NCBI GenBank assembly: GCA_964450945.1
Contig: CAYVHI010000002.1
Span: 904 to 64,903, forward strand
DNA from: an uncultured Rickettsiales bacterium
Lineage (GTDB): Bacteria > Pseudomonadota > Alphaproteobacteria > Rickettsiales > JABDBP01
DNA length: 64,000 nucleotides
Direction of reading: 5' to 3'
Below the pieces are notes generated by a model. It saw only the letters and a list, made by a program, of their open reading frames with translations, searched no databases and was not told where the DNA came from. The stretch's first letter is position 1; the number at the start of each line of letters is the position of its first letter. Positions 9,948-20,247 of the stretch are shown here, one piece after another. A program made the position numbers and the translations under genes.

Positions 9948-10736
9948 ATGAGAGTACTACTGGTAGAGGATGATCCTTCCACGGCAAGATCAATTGAATT
10001 AGCCTTAGCTTCTTACGGTATCGTTTGTGACACCGCCTCTTTAGGTGAAGAAGGTTTAGAAATCGGAAAAATTTACGATTACGATATTATTATATTAGAC
10101 CTAATGCTTCCTGATCTCGATGGTTATGAAGTTCTCCGTCGCTTCCGTTCAGAAAAAATTAAAACTCCAATATTAATACTTTCCGGCCTTGCTGGTTCTG
10201 ACCAAAAAATCAGGGGACTTGGCATCGGGGCAGATGATTATGTAACAAAACCTTTCAACAGGGGTGAACTTGTAGCACGTATACAGGCAATAGTCAGACG
10301 TTCCAAAGGACATTCAGAATCAGTTATCAGGGTTGGTAAAGTATCGCTTAACCTTGATGAAAGAGTTGTTGAAGTTGAAAGCAAACCTATTCACCTTACC
10401 AGCAAGGAATATAGCATCCTTGAATTGCTGGCGCTCCGAAAAGGCACAACTATAACAAAAGAAATGTTCTTAAATCACCTTTATGGCGGTATTGATGAAC
10501 CTGAACTGAAAATTATTGATGTGTTCGTATGTAAGCTCCGTAAGAAACTTGCGGATGCAGCTGGTGGTGACAACTATATTGAAACATTATGGGGTAGGGG
10601 ATATATGCTGCGTGACCCAAGCGAGGCGAAAACTTCCGCTAACGCAGAAAAACCTGAGCAGCAAGATGAAGCAGAGGAACCTGTGGCTGCTGCCACAAAT
10701 TCCCGCCAGAAACTGCGCACGGCTGAACAAGCATAA
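9948..10736 (+). CDS. ctrA: Cell-cycle response regulator CtrA (OmpR family) with ~30-aa acidic C-terminal extension
   Basis: 262 aa, near-colinear with Caulobacter CtrA as I recall it (MRVLL.EDD...GEEG...GKIYDYD...[30 protein letters not shown]...WGRGY.LRDP). GGGGAGG SD upstream. Confidence 0.93.
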   Translation: MRVLLVEDDPSTARSIELALASYGIVCDTASLGEEGLEIGKIYDYDIIILDLMLPDLDGYEVLRRFRSEKIKTPILILSGLAGSDQKIRGLGIGADDYVTKPFNRGELVARIQAIVRRSKGHSESVIRVGKVSLNLDERVVEVESKPIHLTSKEYSILELLALRKGTTITKEMFLNHLYGGIDEPELKIIDVFVCKLRKKLADAAGGDNYIETLWGRGYMLRDPSEAKTSANAEKPEQQDEAEEPVAAATNSRQKLRTAEQA

Positions 10737-10757
10737 AAATTTATGTACATATTAATT

Positions 10758-10789
10758 AGGACGGAGTAAAAATCCGTCCTATATTTTTT
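10758..10789 (+). terminator. Rho-independent terminator after ctrA
   Basis: AGGACGGA-gtaaaaa-TCCGTCCT 8-bp stem followed by ATATTTTTT. Confidence 0.75.
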
Positions 10790-10805
10790 GTTAAAAAGAT
10801 TTTTT

Positions 10806-11324
10806 ATGAGAACAATATACATACTCCGTCACGCCAAAGCAGGCAAAGCCAATAAAAGCATCCTTGACGACCATGAACGACCACTTACCAAAAAGGGTGT
10901 TGATGCCTGTAAGCTGCTTGCAAAATATGTAAATGAAAACGAAATTTTTCCTGATATGGTTATTTGCTCAACCTCTAAACGTACCAAGAGAACTGCTGAA
11001 CTGGTCTTAAAATCGATTGCTGATAAAGTTCCTGTCCATATGACCTCAAAACTTTATCTGGCAAGTGTTACAGAAATCATTTCGCTTATAAGGAAGCAGG
11101 ATGACAGCATTAAGAAAATAATGATTGTAGGGCATAATCCAGGATTGCAGGAACTTTGCCTTCTGCTTGTTAAAGAGGGAGCAAGAGATAATATAAAAAA
11201 GATGAAAGAACATTTTCCCCCAGGCGCGATGGCTATCTTTGAAATTGATATTAAGAAATGGGATGAAGTTAAGCAGAGATCTTCAGCCCTTAAAGATTTA
11301 GTGCTGCCAAAAAATCTTGGCTAG
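10806..11324 (+). CDS. sixA: SixA-like histidine phosphatase family protein
   Basis: Start moved to MRTIYILRHAKA (RHA/G motif). About 172 aa, with GHNP near the C-terminal half. The track ORF begins at 10788, just after the last terminator base (10789). Confidence 0.65.
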   Translation: MRTIYILRHAKAGKANKSILDDHERPLTKKGVDACKLLAKYVNENEIFPDMVICSTSKRTKRTAELVLKSIADKVPVHMTSKLYLASVTEIISLIRKQDDSIKKIMIVGHNPGLQELCLLLVKEGARDNIKKMKEHFPPGAMAIFEIDIKKWDEVKQRSSALKDLVLPKNLG

Positions 11325-11956
11325 CCGACGATTCTTTTTACCAGTGGTATGGTAACATTTCTTTGTTCGCTAAGGGAAAGCTCATCAGTTTTATTAACAA
11401 ACTCCTTTATGGCAACAAATGAGCGCTCCAAGCGCTTTACCACATAAGCTATCACCTCGGCATCAACTGATAATTGTTTATCGCGGAACTGCTTTATGAG
11501 CAGGGCATTGATAAGCTCATCATCCGGTGGAGAAATTCTTACTGTGATAGCCGATTTCAGTCTTGATGCAAGATCGGGGATACTGAAGGTATTTTTTGAA
11601 ACATCATTCTCTCCGGTAAGAAGGATAAAATTTCCGGATTCCTTTGCGCTATTGAATAAATGCAGGATTGTCTCTTCCTTGAATACTTCATAGTCGTCGA
11701 TGATAAGATTTTTCTGCTGATAGGTTTTCCAGTCTTTTTCTGGCTCGGTGAAGATGGCTTTACTTTTTTCCTGCCATATTTTTGCTAGGTGGGTTTTGCC
11801 GCAAGCTGTTGGACCTGTTATTATTAAAATGTGTGAAGGCCAACCCGGCCATTTTTCTATAAGATGGAAAACTTCCTTATTTGCATCTGAAACAAAAAAA
11901 TCTTCCCGCGAGGATGCAGAGGAAGAAGTAAATCCTAGAGGAAACTGAGCTGCCAT
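11321..11956 (-). CDS. hdaA: DnaA regulatory inactivator HdaA
   Basis: 211 aa, DnaA-like AAA+ domain with GPTACGKTHL Walker A. Size and context are typical of alphaproteobacterial HdaA. Confidence 0.8.
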   Translation of the reverse strand: MAAQFPLGFTSSSASSREDFFVSDANKEVFHLIEKWPGWPSHILIITGPTACGKTHLAKIWQEKSKAIFTEPEKDWKTYQQKNLIIDDYEVFKEETILHLFNSAKESGNFILLTGENDVSKNTFSIPDLASRLKSAITVRISPPDDELINALLIKQFRDKQLSVDAEVIAYVVKRLERSFVAIKEFVNKTDELSLSEQRNVTIPLVKRIVG

Positions 11957-11980
11957 TGGTAGACACTATTGTTATATTAT

Positions 11981-13027
11981 TTAATTTTTATAATAAGCGC
12001 TGGTCTTATAGCGTGAAATAGAAAAACGTATAAGAACACCGATTATCGCTGTTACAGGGACGGCGATAAATACACCTACGACACCAAGAAGTGCAGCACC
12101 AGCAAGCATGCCGAAGATAAGCCATAACGGGTGCAAGCCAACCTTATCACCAACCAGTTTTGGCGTAATAAAATTACTTTCTATAACCTGGCCAAGCATC
12201 ATGACTGCGGCGACAAGACTTATATCAACCCAGTTACTATACTGGAAGGAAGCAACAGCGATAGCCGTTGCAAATCCGGCAAAGAAACCTGCATATGGAA
12301 TGAAAGTAAGGATACCGGTCATAAGCCCGATCACCAAACCAAACTTAAGGCCAACAGACATAAGTCCAATGGCATAAAATATACCCATGATTACGCACAC
12401 GTTGGTTTGCCCACGCACAAAACCTGCTATAGCCCTATCTATAAGTTTTATCTGCTCTCGTATTGTTTTTCTGGTTTTTCTTGGCAGCAAGCCATCAATT
12501 TTTGCAGTTATCCTGTCCCAGTCACGCAGAAGATAGAAAGTTACCACTGGTGTTATAAAGATAAGAGAAAGAATGTTCACAACAGCAACGCCAGATTGCC
12601 ATACATTTGCAACAATAGAAGAACCAAACTGCAATATATATGAAGATGTTTTTTCGACTAGGCCATTACCCTGTTTGATTTGTTCATCACCTATGAGATT
12701 TATTACATCATCAATATAAGGAGCAAACTTGGTTTTGAAGTAAGTATATATCTCAGGAACATGGCTTACAAAAGACATGACCTGCTCATACAGTAGCGGT
12801 GACATCAACACTATTGCTGTAGCCAACATAACAAAAAATATTACGGTTATTATAACTGTTGCCAGGGTTCTGGAAGCTCCCCATTTTTCAAGTTTATCAG
12901 CGGCAGGATCAAGAAAATAAGCCACCAGCATGCCGATTACAAAAGGAAGCAGGATAGAGCGTATCAGGTAAAGGAATACGCAAAATAATATAGCTATAAG
13001 TATCCAAAATAATATTTTCTGTTTCAT
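11981..13027 (-). CDS. AI-2E family transporter (PerM/YhhT-like)
   Basis: 348-aa polytopic membrane protein with an AI-2E-like TM pattern. Confidence 0.8.
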   Translation of the reverse strand: MKQKILFWILIAILFCVFLYLIRSILLPFVIGMLVAYFLDPAADKLEKWGASRTLATVIITVIFFVMLATAIVLMSPLLYEQVMSFVSHVPEIYTYFKTKFAPYIDDVINLIGDEQIKQGNGLVEKTSSYILQFGSSIVANVWQSGVAVVNILSLIFITPVVTFYLLRDWDRITAKIDGLLPRKTRKTIREQIKLIDRAIAGFVRGQTNVCVIMGIFYAIGLMSVGLKFGLVIGLMTGILTFIPYAGFFAGFATAIAVASFQYSNWVDISLVAAVMMLGQVIESNFITPKLVGDKVGLHPLWLIFGMLAGAALLGVVGVFIAVPVTAIIGVLIRFSISRYKTSAYYKN

Positions 13028-14130
13028 TGGTTAAGCTTCGTTATGATCCACATATTTGTATCCATTGAAAGATCAAGATTCTGTTCGGCGAATAATAAAG
13101 GCAAATCTTCTTCTTTTCCATTATATTCTATATAAACAACCACTCTCCTGTTATTAAACTCTTTTACCTCAAGATTTTTTATAAAGGGAGAATTTTTTAT
13201 TGCAGCCTTTATGCTAGCCCATTCGGAAGCATTGGTTATGGGAATAACAGCAGTAAAATTATTTAAATTTATATTTTCAATGCTTTGTACGGAATTATTA
13301 TTTTTCCAGTCATATTCAAGCTTGGAAATGGCAGTCCTTACAGCTTTTTCAAAGAAATCATATTCTGATTTTGTTTCATCACGAGTAACCGGGATAGATT
13401 GAGGGGAAATCGCCGGATTATTTATGGGGGTTAGAATGATTTCCAGATCTGGCATTGTGCCGGTATTATTAATAAGATATCTGGCTTCTGCAAGCAACAC
13501 ATGGTTGACGCCGTATTTATGGGCAAGCTCTATATAGGCTTCGCTGTCTTTCCTTACAATGTTTTCAGTAGAAACTATATTTATATCGTCTAAGTCCCCA
13601 ACCGGCAGTATAAAAGGAACGACCCTGCTTTGCATGCCGGTATTTTCCCAGGCCATTCGCCATAAGTTATCATCAGACCATAAAAGAACATGCTCATCTC
13701 TATAGAAAACGGGGATTATAAGTCTTGGCGGGGAAATATTTATTGCTTCCGTAAAGGCAATGTTTTCACGCATTAACAAGCTGCGCACCACTTCAGGGTT
13801 GAAGCTTACCTGCAATGTAGCACTATACGTTTTTTTCTTTATTATTTTCTCATCCTGAACTTCATAGCTTTTTACCGTTTTTATGACTTCCTCCTGGTTT
13901 ATATGTGATAAATCGGGAGGGGTAGTGGATAAACTTAATATCCCCGCAAGAATACTGAAAGCCTCTACCTGGCCTGATTCAATGGCTTTTTTCTTGGCTG
14001 TTGCAGCACTTTCGGCAGTTTCGGTTATTTTTATGTTATCTATGGTAAAAAGGTCTGGAGCGGCATAAGCGCTGGATATGCTAACAAAACATAGACAAAA
14101 CAGTGTTATTTGTATAAATCTTGAGGCCAT
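13024..14130 (-). CDS. Hypothetical exported protein (possibly DUF2066-like)
   Basis: 368 aa with signal peptide (..SISSAYA). 4-nt overlap with the downstream transporter gene. Family assignment is uncertain. Confidence 0.6.
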   Translation of the reverse strand: MASRFIQITLFCLCFVSISSAYAAPDLFTIDNIKITETAESAATAKKKAIESGQVEAFSILAGILSLSTTPPDLSHINQEEVIKTVKSYEVQDEKIIKKKTYSATLQVSFNPEVVRSLLMRENIAFTEAINISPPRLIIPVFYRDEHVLLWSDDNLWRMAWENTGMQSRVVPFILPVGDLDDINIVSTENIVRKDSEAYIELAHKYGVNHVLLAEARYLINNTGTMPDLEIILTPINNPAISPQSIPVTRDETKSEYDFFEKAVRTAISKLEYDWKNNNSVQSIENINLNNFTAVIPITNASEWASIKAAIKNSPFIKNLEVKEFNNRRVVVYIEYNGKEEDLPLLFAEQNLDLSMDTNMWIITKLNQ

Positions 14131-14151
14131 CGCAGGCGATTATATATTAGT

Positions 14152-15225
14152 TTGATGAATAACAAAGTAAAAAACAGTGTTACATATAAAGACTCTGGTG
14201 TTGATATTGATGCCGGAGATGAGCTTGTTGAAACTATAAAACCCCTTGCAAAATCCACCCGCCGCAAAGGTGCAGATGTTGACCTTGGAGGTTTTGGCGG
14301 CCTGTTCGATTTAAAACCCCTGAAATATAAAGATCCGGTTCTGGTATCCGGCACTGATGGGGTTGGCACAAAATTAAAAATAGCCCACGCAATAGACAAG
14401 CACGATACAATAGGCATAGACCTGGTTGCCATGTGCGTTAACGATATTGTTGTTCAGGGGGCTGAACCACTTTTCTTCCTAGATTATTATGCCACCTCAA
14501 AACTGGAAGTTAGTGTTGCAAAAGAAGTTATAAAAGGCATAGCGGATGGGTGCAAACAGGCTGGATGCGCGCTTATTGGTGGTGAAACCGCTGAAATGCC
14601 AGGGCTATACCAGAAGGGTGATTATGATCTTGCCGGGTTTGCCGTTGGCATAGTGGAAAGGAAAAACATATTGCCAAAGAAAAACCTGAAAGAGGGGGAT
14701 ATTATTATCGGCCTTGCTTCAAGTGGGGTACACTCTAACGGGTTTTCTCTTGTGCGATATCTAATAGAGAAAAATAATATTAGCTATAATGAAAAAGTTA
14801 AGCTTTCAGGAAACAAGACTGTTGGTGAGTTGCTGCTTGAGCCAACAAAAATATATGTAAGAACCTGTCTTGAAATAATAGAAAGAACCGGCGTGAAGGC
14901 ATTTGCCCATATTACCGGCGGAGGGCTTACTGAAAATATCCCAAGAGTCTTGCCAGAAGGTTTTGCTGCTGAGATAAATTGTAAAAGTTGGAAATTGCCA
15001 CCGCTCTTCTCTTGGCTTCTTAACCTTGGCGGAATGGGTGAGAGAGAACTGCTCCGCACTTTTAACTGTGGTATCGGAATGATTATGGTCATAGATAAGA
15101 AAGAACAGAAAAAAGTAGAAGAGATACTTAACCGTCGGAAAGAAAAATATTCAGTTATAGGAAAAATTATTAAGAATAAAACGGCTGAAGTTATTTATAA
15201 AAATGTGGGAAGCATAAGTGGCTGA
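14152..15225 (+). CDS. purM: Phosphoribosylformylglycinamidine cyclo-ligase
   Basis: 357 aa. YKDSGVDIDAG, DGVGTK, GGETAEMP motifs. Confidence 0.93.
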   Translation: MMNNKVKNSVTYKDSGVDIDAGDELVETIKPLAKSTRRKGADVDLGGFGGLFDLKPLKYKDPVLVSGTDGVGTKLKIAHAIDKHDTIGIDLVAMCVNDIVVQGAEPLFFLDYYATSKLEVSVAKEVIKGIADGCKQAGCALIGGETAEMPGLYQKGDYDLAGFAVGIVERKNILPKKNLKEGDIIIGLASSGVHSNGFSLVRYLIEKNNISYNEKVKLSGNKTVGELLLEPTKIYVRTCLEIIERTGVKAFAHITGGGLTENIPRVLPEGFAAEINCKSWKLPPLFSWLLNLGGMGERELLRTFNCGIGMIMVIDKKEQKKVEEILNRRKEKYSVIGKIIKNKTAEVIYKNVGSISG

Positions 15226-15868
15226 TAAGTTAAATATAGGTGTATTAATTTCCGGCAGGGGCTCAAACCTCAAAGCACTTATTAACGCCTGTAAAGAAAA
15301 AAACTTCCCGGCACAGATAGTCCTGATTATTTCCAATAAGAAAAATGCTCCTGGCCTTAAATTTGCTGAAGAAGAAAAAATTCCTTTCACAGTTATTGAA
15401 AATAAAAAATTTGCAGACAGGGAATCATTTGACCGGGCTATGACAGAAAGCCTTGTAAATAGCCGGGTTGAACTTGTTTGCCTTGCTGGCTTCATGCGCC
15501 TTCTGACAAAAGAATTCACAGAAAAATGGCACGATAAACTTATAAACATCCACCCATCACTACTTCCTTCATTCAAAGGAATGGATGTGCATAAGGATGT
15601 CCTAAAATCAGGGGTGAAACTGGCTGGGTGCACCGTACATTATGTTAGGCCGGAGATGGATTCAGGGCCAATCATAGCGCAGGCGGCAGTGCCGGTTTTC
15701 TCTGATGATACTGAAGAGCTGCTTTCTGCCCGCGTGCTTGCTGCCGAGCATAAAATATACCCGCTGGCAGTAAAACTGATTGCTGAAAGGAAAGTTAAGA
15801 TAGTTGGTGAAAGAGTTATTGTTGAAGAAAGGAATAAGGATAATCTTTCTTTGATTAATCCTTCCTAG
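15218..15868 (+). CDS. purN: Phosphoribosylglycinamide formyltransferase
   Basis: 216 aa. [21 protein letters not shown] motifs. Overlaps the purM end. Confidence 0.92.
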   Translation: MADKLNIGVLISGRGSNLKALINACKEKNFPAQIVLIISNKKNAPGLKFAEEEKIPFTVIENKKFADRESFDRAMTESLVNSRVELVCLAGFMRLLTKEFTEKWHDKLINIHPSLLPSFKGMDVHKDVLKSGVKLAGCTVHYVRPEMDSGPIIAQAAVPVFSDDTEELLSARVLAAEHKIYPLAVKLIAERKVKIVGERVIVEERNKDNLSLINPS

Positions 15869-16287
15869 CCGACAATTTCATTATCGTTGAAGAAAAACTT
15901 AACTTCTATCTTTGCGTTTTCAGCGCTATCTGAACCGTGTACGCAGTTTTCGCCGATACTTTGAGCAAAATCACGCCTGATGGTTCCAGGGGCTGCTTCC
16001 TTTGGGTTAGTTGCACCCATTATCTCACGGTTCTTAGCAACGGCATTTTCACCCTCTAATACTTGAACAACAACCGGGCCAGACATCATGAACTCAACAA
16101 GCTCCCCATAAAATGGGCGGGCTTTATGAACGGCATAGAAATCTTCTGCCTGTTTTTTGGAAAGTTTTATTCTTTTCTGGGCAACGATGCGTAAACCCTT
16201 TTCCTCGAAATAGGAATTGATCTTGCCAGTGATATTACGTTTTGTAGCATCTGGTTTGATAATTGAAAGTGTACGTTCTTTAGCCAT
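15865..16287 (-). CDS. ndk: Nucleoside diphosphate kinase
   Basis: 140 aa. [11 protein letters not shown] ... NCVHGSDS (active-site His). Confidence 0.95.
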   Translation of the reverse strand: MAKERTLSIIKPDATKRNITGKINSYFEEKGLRIVAQKRIKLSKKQAEDFYAVHKARPFYGELVEFMMSGPVVVQVLEGENAVAKNREIMGATNPKEAAPGTIRRDFAQSIGENCVHGSDSAENAKIEVKFFFNDNEIVG

Positions 16288-16409
16288 AAAATTCCTTTTT
16301 GCTTAAAAGTGAGGGGAATAAAGCATCTTGCTGGTAAGAAATCAAGAAAAAACAAGCGTGACCATCAGAAATATATTTTAATTCATATAGTTAATGATAT
16401 TTTAGGTGC

Positions 16410-17051
16410 ATGATTTTTGATGTTTTAACAGTATTTATAAAAGGTTTCATCATAGGAATATCTATTGCTGCACCAGTAGGGCCGATAGGGATATTATGTA
16501 TAAGGAAAACCCTAAGCCATGGCAAACTTTCAGGATTTGCGACAGGTGTGGGCGCAGCATTTGCTGATAGTTTTTATGCCATTATTGCTGCCTTCAGTGT
16601 TGCAATGGTTATGAATTTTTTGACTGTCCATACAATTACAATAAGGGTTGTTGCGGGAATATTGCTGGTTTTTATAGGTGTGAGGATTATCTATAATTCA
16701 AGAAAGTTCCATTCATCTCTTGGTGCGATAAAAGGAACAAGGAAAGATCTTCTTAAAGACTTCATATCGACTTTTTTTCTCACGCTCACCAACCCGGGAA
16801 CCATATTCTCATTCATAGCTATATTTGCCGGAATTGGTTTTATGGAATATAGCGGGATATTTTTACCGGTGATTATGGTCCTAGGGGTATTCCTCGGCTC
16901 CCTGGCATGGTGGGGATTTCTTTCCTACATTGTAAGCCTTACTAAACATAAGATAACACCCCGAACGCTGCGCAATATAAATTTATCTTCCGGAGCCCTT
17001 ATAATTGCTTTCGGTATTGCGGTATTTATTTCACTTATCTATTTGATTTAG
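16410..17051 (+). CDS. LysE/RhtB family amino-acid exporter
   Basis: 213 aa, six hydrophobic segments, PGP-containing N-terminal helix. Confidence 0.8.
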   Translation: MIFDVLTVFIKGFIIGISIAAPVGPIGILCIRKTLSHGKLSGFATGVGAAFADSFYAIIAAFSVAMVMNFLTVHTITIRVVAGILLVFIGVRIIYNSRKFHSSLGAIKGTRKDLLKDFISTFFLTLTNPGTIFSFIAIFAGIGFMEYSGIFLPVIMVLGVFLGSLAWWGFLSYIVSLTKHKITPRTLRNINLSSGALIIAFGIAVFISLIYLI

Positions 17052-17500
17052 GCGGCTTCCTGTTTTTCCCATTTTCCTTCGGCATCCTGCTTCAGGTATG
17101 AAAGGGAAAAACCTTTCGCCTTATAATCTTTCCATCGTTCTTTGGCATTCGCCAGTTCTTCAGGATTATTGCCATCAAAAATATCAAGAAGCCGGTTAAA
17201 ACTTTCGAGGCTAGGTGTAAGCCCGGAAATTGCTACGGCTATTTCAGATTTATTCGGATTTTCATTTTCTGAAGTTATAAAAACCGGCTGGTCTTCAACA
17301 AAACCATCCTGCTTGGTGCCATGAGGAAGAAAGCGGTTTGTGCTGTATGTCCACAGCAGTTTGTTTATCTCTTCCGCTCTGTTTTCACTATTCGTAAAAA
17401 CTACCGCACGCTTGCCTGACTGATAAACCTTCTCAAGAAGTTTTGGTAAAGCCCTTTCAAGGGTTGTTGTGGTGAGATGATAAAAATTAATTTCTTTCAT
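17048..17500 (-). CDS. holC: DNA polymerase III chi subunit
   Basis: 150 aa. INFYHLTTTTLERALPKLLEKV is a typical chi N-terminus. Confidence 0.8.
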   Translation of the reverse strand: MKEINFYHLTTTTLERALPKLLEKVYQSGKRAVVFTNSENRAEEINKLLWTYSTNRFLPHGTKQDGFVEDQPVFITSENENPNKSEIAVAISGLTPSLESFNRLLDIFDGNNPEELANAKERWKDYKAKGFSLSYLKQDAEGKWEKQEAA

Positions 17501-18402
17501 GATGCCTGCCTTAAATGAACATCCCGTTGTGGGAATGGAATCTCAATGCCGTTTTTAACAAATACATCCCATACCGCAAGCATAATCTCACTTTTTATCC
17601 TTAGCCTTTCTCTAACATCATCAATCCAGATTATTACCAGAAGATTTATTGAGCTATCGCCAAACTCTTTAAGATAGCATGAAGGGGCGCTCGGAGATTT
17701 TGAAACCTCAGGGTGTTTTTTTGCTACGCCAAGCACAAGTGATATTGCTTTCTTAAGGTCTGTTTTATATGAAACTCCAATCGTAAAATCAATCCGACCC
17801 TGGCTGTTGCTATATGTCCAGTTGGTAAGCTTGCCGGTTATAAGATCTTCATTCGGGATGAAAGTTTCCTTTAAATCAAAGCCTTCAACCAGCATATTCC
17901 TTATCCCTAAGGATTTTACGGTGCCAACTATTGATGTTCCTTCCAGCTCAACTATATCGCCAACGCGTACTGCCTTTCCCATAAGAATAACTATGCCACT
18001 AATAAAATTGGAAGTGATTTTCTGCAACCCGAAACCTATACCCACACCAAGCGCACCTCCAAGCACTGCAAATGCAGTAAGGTCAATGCCAATTATGTTA
18101 AGTATTATAAGGAATGCAGTGAAGTAGATGAATAATTCAAGACCTTTTATAAGCAGTTCACGGGTGTTGTAATCAAGCTTTGACCTTCTTATCTGCTTTT
18201 TTAAACTTCTTAATATTATTGATGATACCCAGCCAATGATAACAAGGGAGATAAGGAACTTCATTATTATCAGGGCAGATATGTGGAGTTCGCCAACATT
18301 AAAGGCAAGTGATTTTAGGAATTTAAGGCCGGATTCAATCAGGTCTAGAAAATCACCAAAAAAATGTTTTGCCTTAGATGCCTTTTCTATTTCGCTTTGC
18401 AT
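17497..18402 (-). CDS. Small-conductance mechanosensitive channel (MscS family)
   Basis: 301 aa with three TMs followed by an MscS beta domain (GDIVEL..GTVKSLGIR). Confidence 0.8.
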   Translation of the reverse strand: MQSEIEKASKAKHFFGDFLDLIESGLKFLKSLAFNVGELHISALIIMKFLISLVIIGWVSSIILRSLKKQIRRSKLDYNTRELLIKGLELFIYFTAFLIILNIIGIDLTAFAVLGGALGVGIGFGLQKITSNFISGIVILMGKAVRVGDIVELEGTSIVGTVKSLGIRNMLVEGFDLKETFIPNEDLITGKLTNWTYSNSQGRIDFTIGVSYKTDLKKAISLVLGVAKKHPEVSKSPSAPSCYLKEFGDSSINLLVIIWIDDVRERLRIKSEIMLAVWDVFVKNGIEIPFPQRDVHLRQAS

Positions 18403-18437
18403 GCCACCTGCTTAGCAAGCGTAGGAAAGAAATGCAA

Positions 18438-18471
18438 TAAAAAAGGCCTCAGGTTTCCCTAAGGCCTTTTC
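18438..18471 (-). terminator. Rho-independent terminator after phasin gene
   Basis: AAAAGGCCT...AGGCCTTTT stem, extended GGCCTCAGG/CCTAAGGCC. On the minus strand it is followed by TTTTTTATT. Confidence 0.7.
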
Positions 18472-18498
18472 TTCTTCTCTGTGGGCAACAAAGAATTC

Positions 18499-18951
18499 TT
18501 AGTTATTAGAAGCTTTCTTGCTAGATGCTTGTTGAGCAGTTTTGCTAACTTCATTCAGAGCATCTGTAAGACGCTTTGTGATTATTTCAGCAGCTTCCGC
18601 ATTTGATTTAGAAAGTACTTCGAAAACTTCACGGGCATTTGCCATTGCAGATTCGAATTGTGTTTTCACGAAATCAGCTTGCTTTTGAGCGCCAGCTTCC
18701 GGGCTTTGTGAAGAATAAACTTCACGGAAAAGCTGGATAGCTTCTTCACTGCTGTTTTTTGCAATTTCAGCGCCACGGCGAGCAACCGCTTGAACACCAC
18801 CAGCAAAAGCTTGGTTAGCAGCAGTTAATGCTTCGATGTTTCTGCGGCTGAGTGAAAATAATTGATTAAAATCATAATTAGGAGCCTTAAAGTCAGCGAA
18901 GACCTTAAATGCATCCGCTATACGTTGTGATTGAGCCATAAAATCCTCCAA
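18499..18951 (-). CDS. Phasin family protein
   Basis: 150-aa Ala/Gln-rich helical protein. NIEALTAANQAFAGGVQAVARR resembles alphaproteobacterial phasins. Confidence 0.7.
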   Translation of the reverse strand: MEDFMAQSQRIADAFKVFADFKAPNYDFNQLFSLSRRNIEALTAANQAFAGGVQAVARRGAEIAKNSSEEAIQLFREVYSSQSPEAGAQKQADFVKTQFESAMANAREVFEVLSKSNAEAAEIITKRLTDALNEVSKTAQQASSKKASNN

Positions 18952-19015
18952 AAAAAATAAATAAAATCTCTATCAACGCGGCTTATAATATAGATTTCTT
19001 AAGGAATGTCAAATA

Positions 19016-19037
19016 TTTTTGTGCGATGCAACAAAAA
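19016..19037. promoter_or_regulatory. Inverted repeat TTTTTGT-N8-ACAAAAA containing TGC-N3-GCA, upstream of phasin gene
   Basis: Seen 65-86 nt upstream of the phasin start. It could be a regulator (PhaR-type) operator or a weak proC terminator, and I cannot tell which. Confidence 0.2.
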
Positions 19038-19071
19038 GGGACGGTCTAAATATAATATACTTATAATACAG

Positions 19072-19911
19072 TTAGTTAGCTAACTCTTTAGATCTCTTTG
19101 CGGCCTGGGCGGTTGCTTCTTCTATGACTTCTTTTAGGCCTTTACCGCGTGCCATGAGGATTCTTAAAGCTGCCTCGGTAGTGCCGCCTGGGCTTGTAAC
19201 TTCCTGGCATATTTCCATAGGTGCTTTATCCGAAACGACTAAAAGTTCGGCACTGCCAAGCAGGGTCATCTTGGCCAGATCTTCCGCATCTTCATCACTA
19301 AGGCCAAGATTTGTACCAGCACTGATAAGCGCCTCCAGAAAAAGGCTTACATAAGCTGGGCCGCTTCCGGAAATTGCGGTGACTGCATCCATCAATGACT
19401 CATCTGATATGCCTATCACTTCACCAACAGCCTGCAGCAAAGTTTCTGTCATATCTGCCTGGGTTTCGGATACTTTTTTGTTAAATACGGCTGCTGATAT
19501 TCCCCTGCCAATAGTTGCAGGAAGATTTGGCATGACACGGGCAATGGCCGCATTGCTACCCAGATGTTTTTCCAGGAATGAAAGAGTTTTTCCCGCAGCG
19601 ATGGAAATAAACAACACCCTTCCTACATAACCGGAGTAATCAGGAAGGATCTCAGCCATGACCTGTGGCTTTATCGCAAACACAATAGCCTCCGGCTTGA
19701 AATGGCTGTCTATATTCTTGGCGCCGGCAAAGGCAACAATCTTATATTCTTTAGCAATCCTATCTCTTGATGCAGCATCTGGCTCCACAACACGGATATA
19801 TTCCGGCTTTATACCGGAATTAAGCCAGCCGGAAAGAAGTGCATAACCCATCTTGCCGCAGCCGACCAATAAGACTTTTATTGGTGCACTATTTTCTTGT
19901 TTTTCTGCCAT
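19072..19911 (-). CDS. proC: Pyrroline-5-carboxylate reductase
   Basis: 279 aa. LLVGCGKMG NADP-binding motif and C-terminal SPGGTT motif. Confidence 0.9.
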   Translation of the reverse strand: MAEKQENSAPIKVLLVGCGKMGYALLSGWLNSGIKPEYIRVVEPDAASRDRIAKEYKIVAFAGAKNIDSHFKPEAIVFAIKPQVMAEILPDYSGYVGRVLFISIAAGKTLSFLEKHLGSNAAIARVMPNLPATIGRGISAAVFNKKVSETQADMTETLLQAVGEVIGISDESLMDAVTAISGSGPAYVSLFLEALISAGTNLGLSDEDAEDLAKMTLLGSAELLVVSDKAPMEICQEVTSPGGTTEAALRILMARGKGLKEVIEEATAQAAKRSKELAN

Positions 19912-20185
19912 TCTTTTCCAATTTTGCTATACGTTTTGCAAGTTCTTCATTTTCCTTGCGCGCCTTCGCGGCCATTGCCTTTACCACTTCAAATTCCTCG
20001 CGCGTTACCAGATCCATGCGGGAGATAACAGTTTCGAATTGCTGTTTTAAGCGTTCCTCCCAATCTTTCTTAAGACCTATAAAAGAACCCGCGGCGTTTC
20101 CCGCCAGCTTGACAAAATCATCCAGTAATTTGTTATCAGCAAAGAAATCAGCTGGTTTCTTGCTTTTAAATTTATCAGATTGCAT
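19889..20185 (-). CDS. ubiK: UbiK/YqiC family accessory factor
   Basis: 98 aa. DLVTREEFEVVKAMAAKAR..ENEEL coiled coil is typical of the family. Confidence 0.7.
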   Translation of the reverse strand: MQSDKFKSKKPADFFADNKLLDDFVKLAGNAAGSFIGLKKDWEERLKQQFETVISRMDLVTREEFEVVKAMAAKARKENEELAKRIAKLEKNGRKTRK

Positions 20186-20247
20186 ATTTAAAACCTTTAC
20201 CTTATTTTATTGATACATATAGACATTATTTTTAAGGTCGTAAACAA

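Noticed and set aside
10516-10822. 79-aa plus-strand and 82-aa minus-strand ORFs around the ctrA 3' end.
   Set aside because: They overlap the ctrA coding sequence and its terminator and are out of frame with the real gene. They have no independent support.
12108-12643. 89-aa and 170-aa plus-strand ORFs.
   Set aside because: They are antisense to the AI-2E transporter gene, so they are shadow ORFs.
15151-15633. 160-aa minus-strand ORF.
   Set aside because: It is antisense to the purM end and purN, both of which have strong family motifs.
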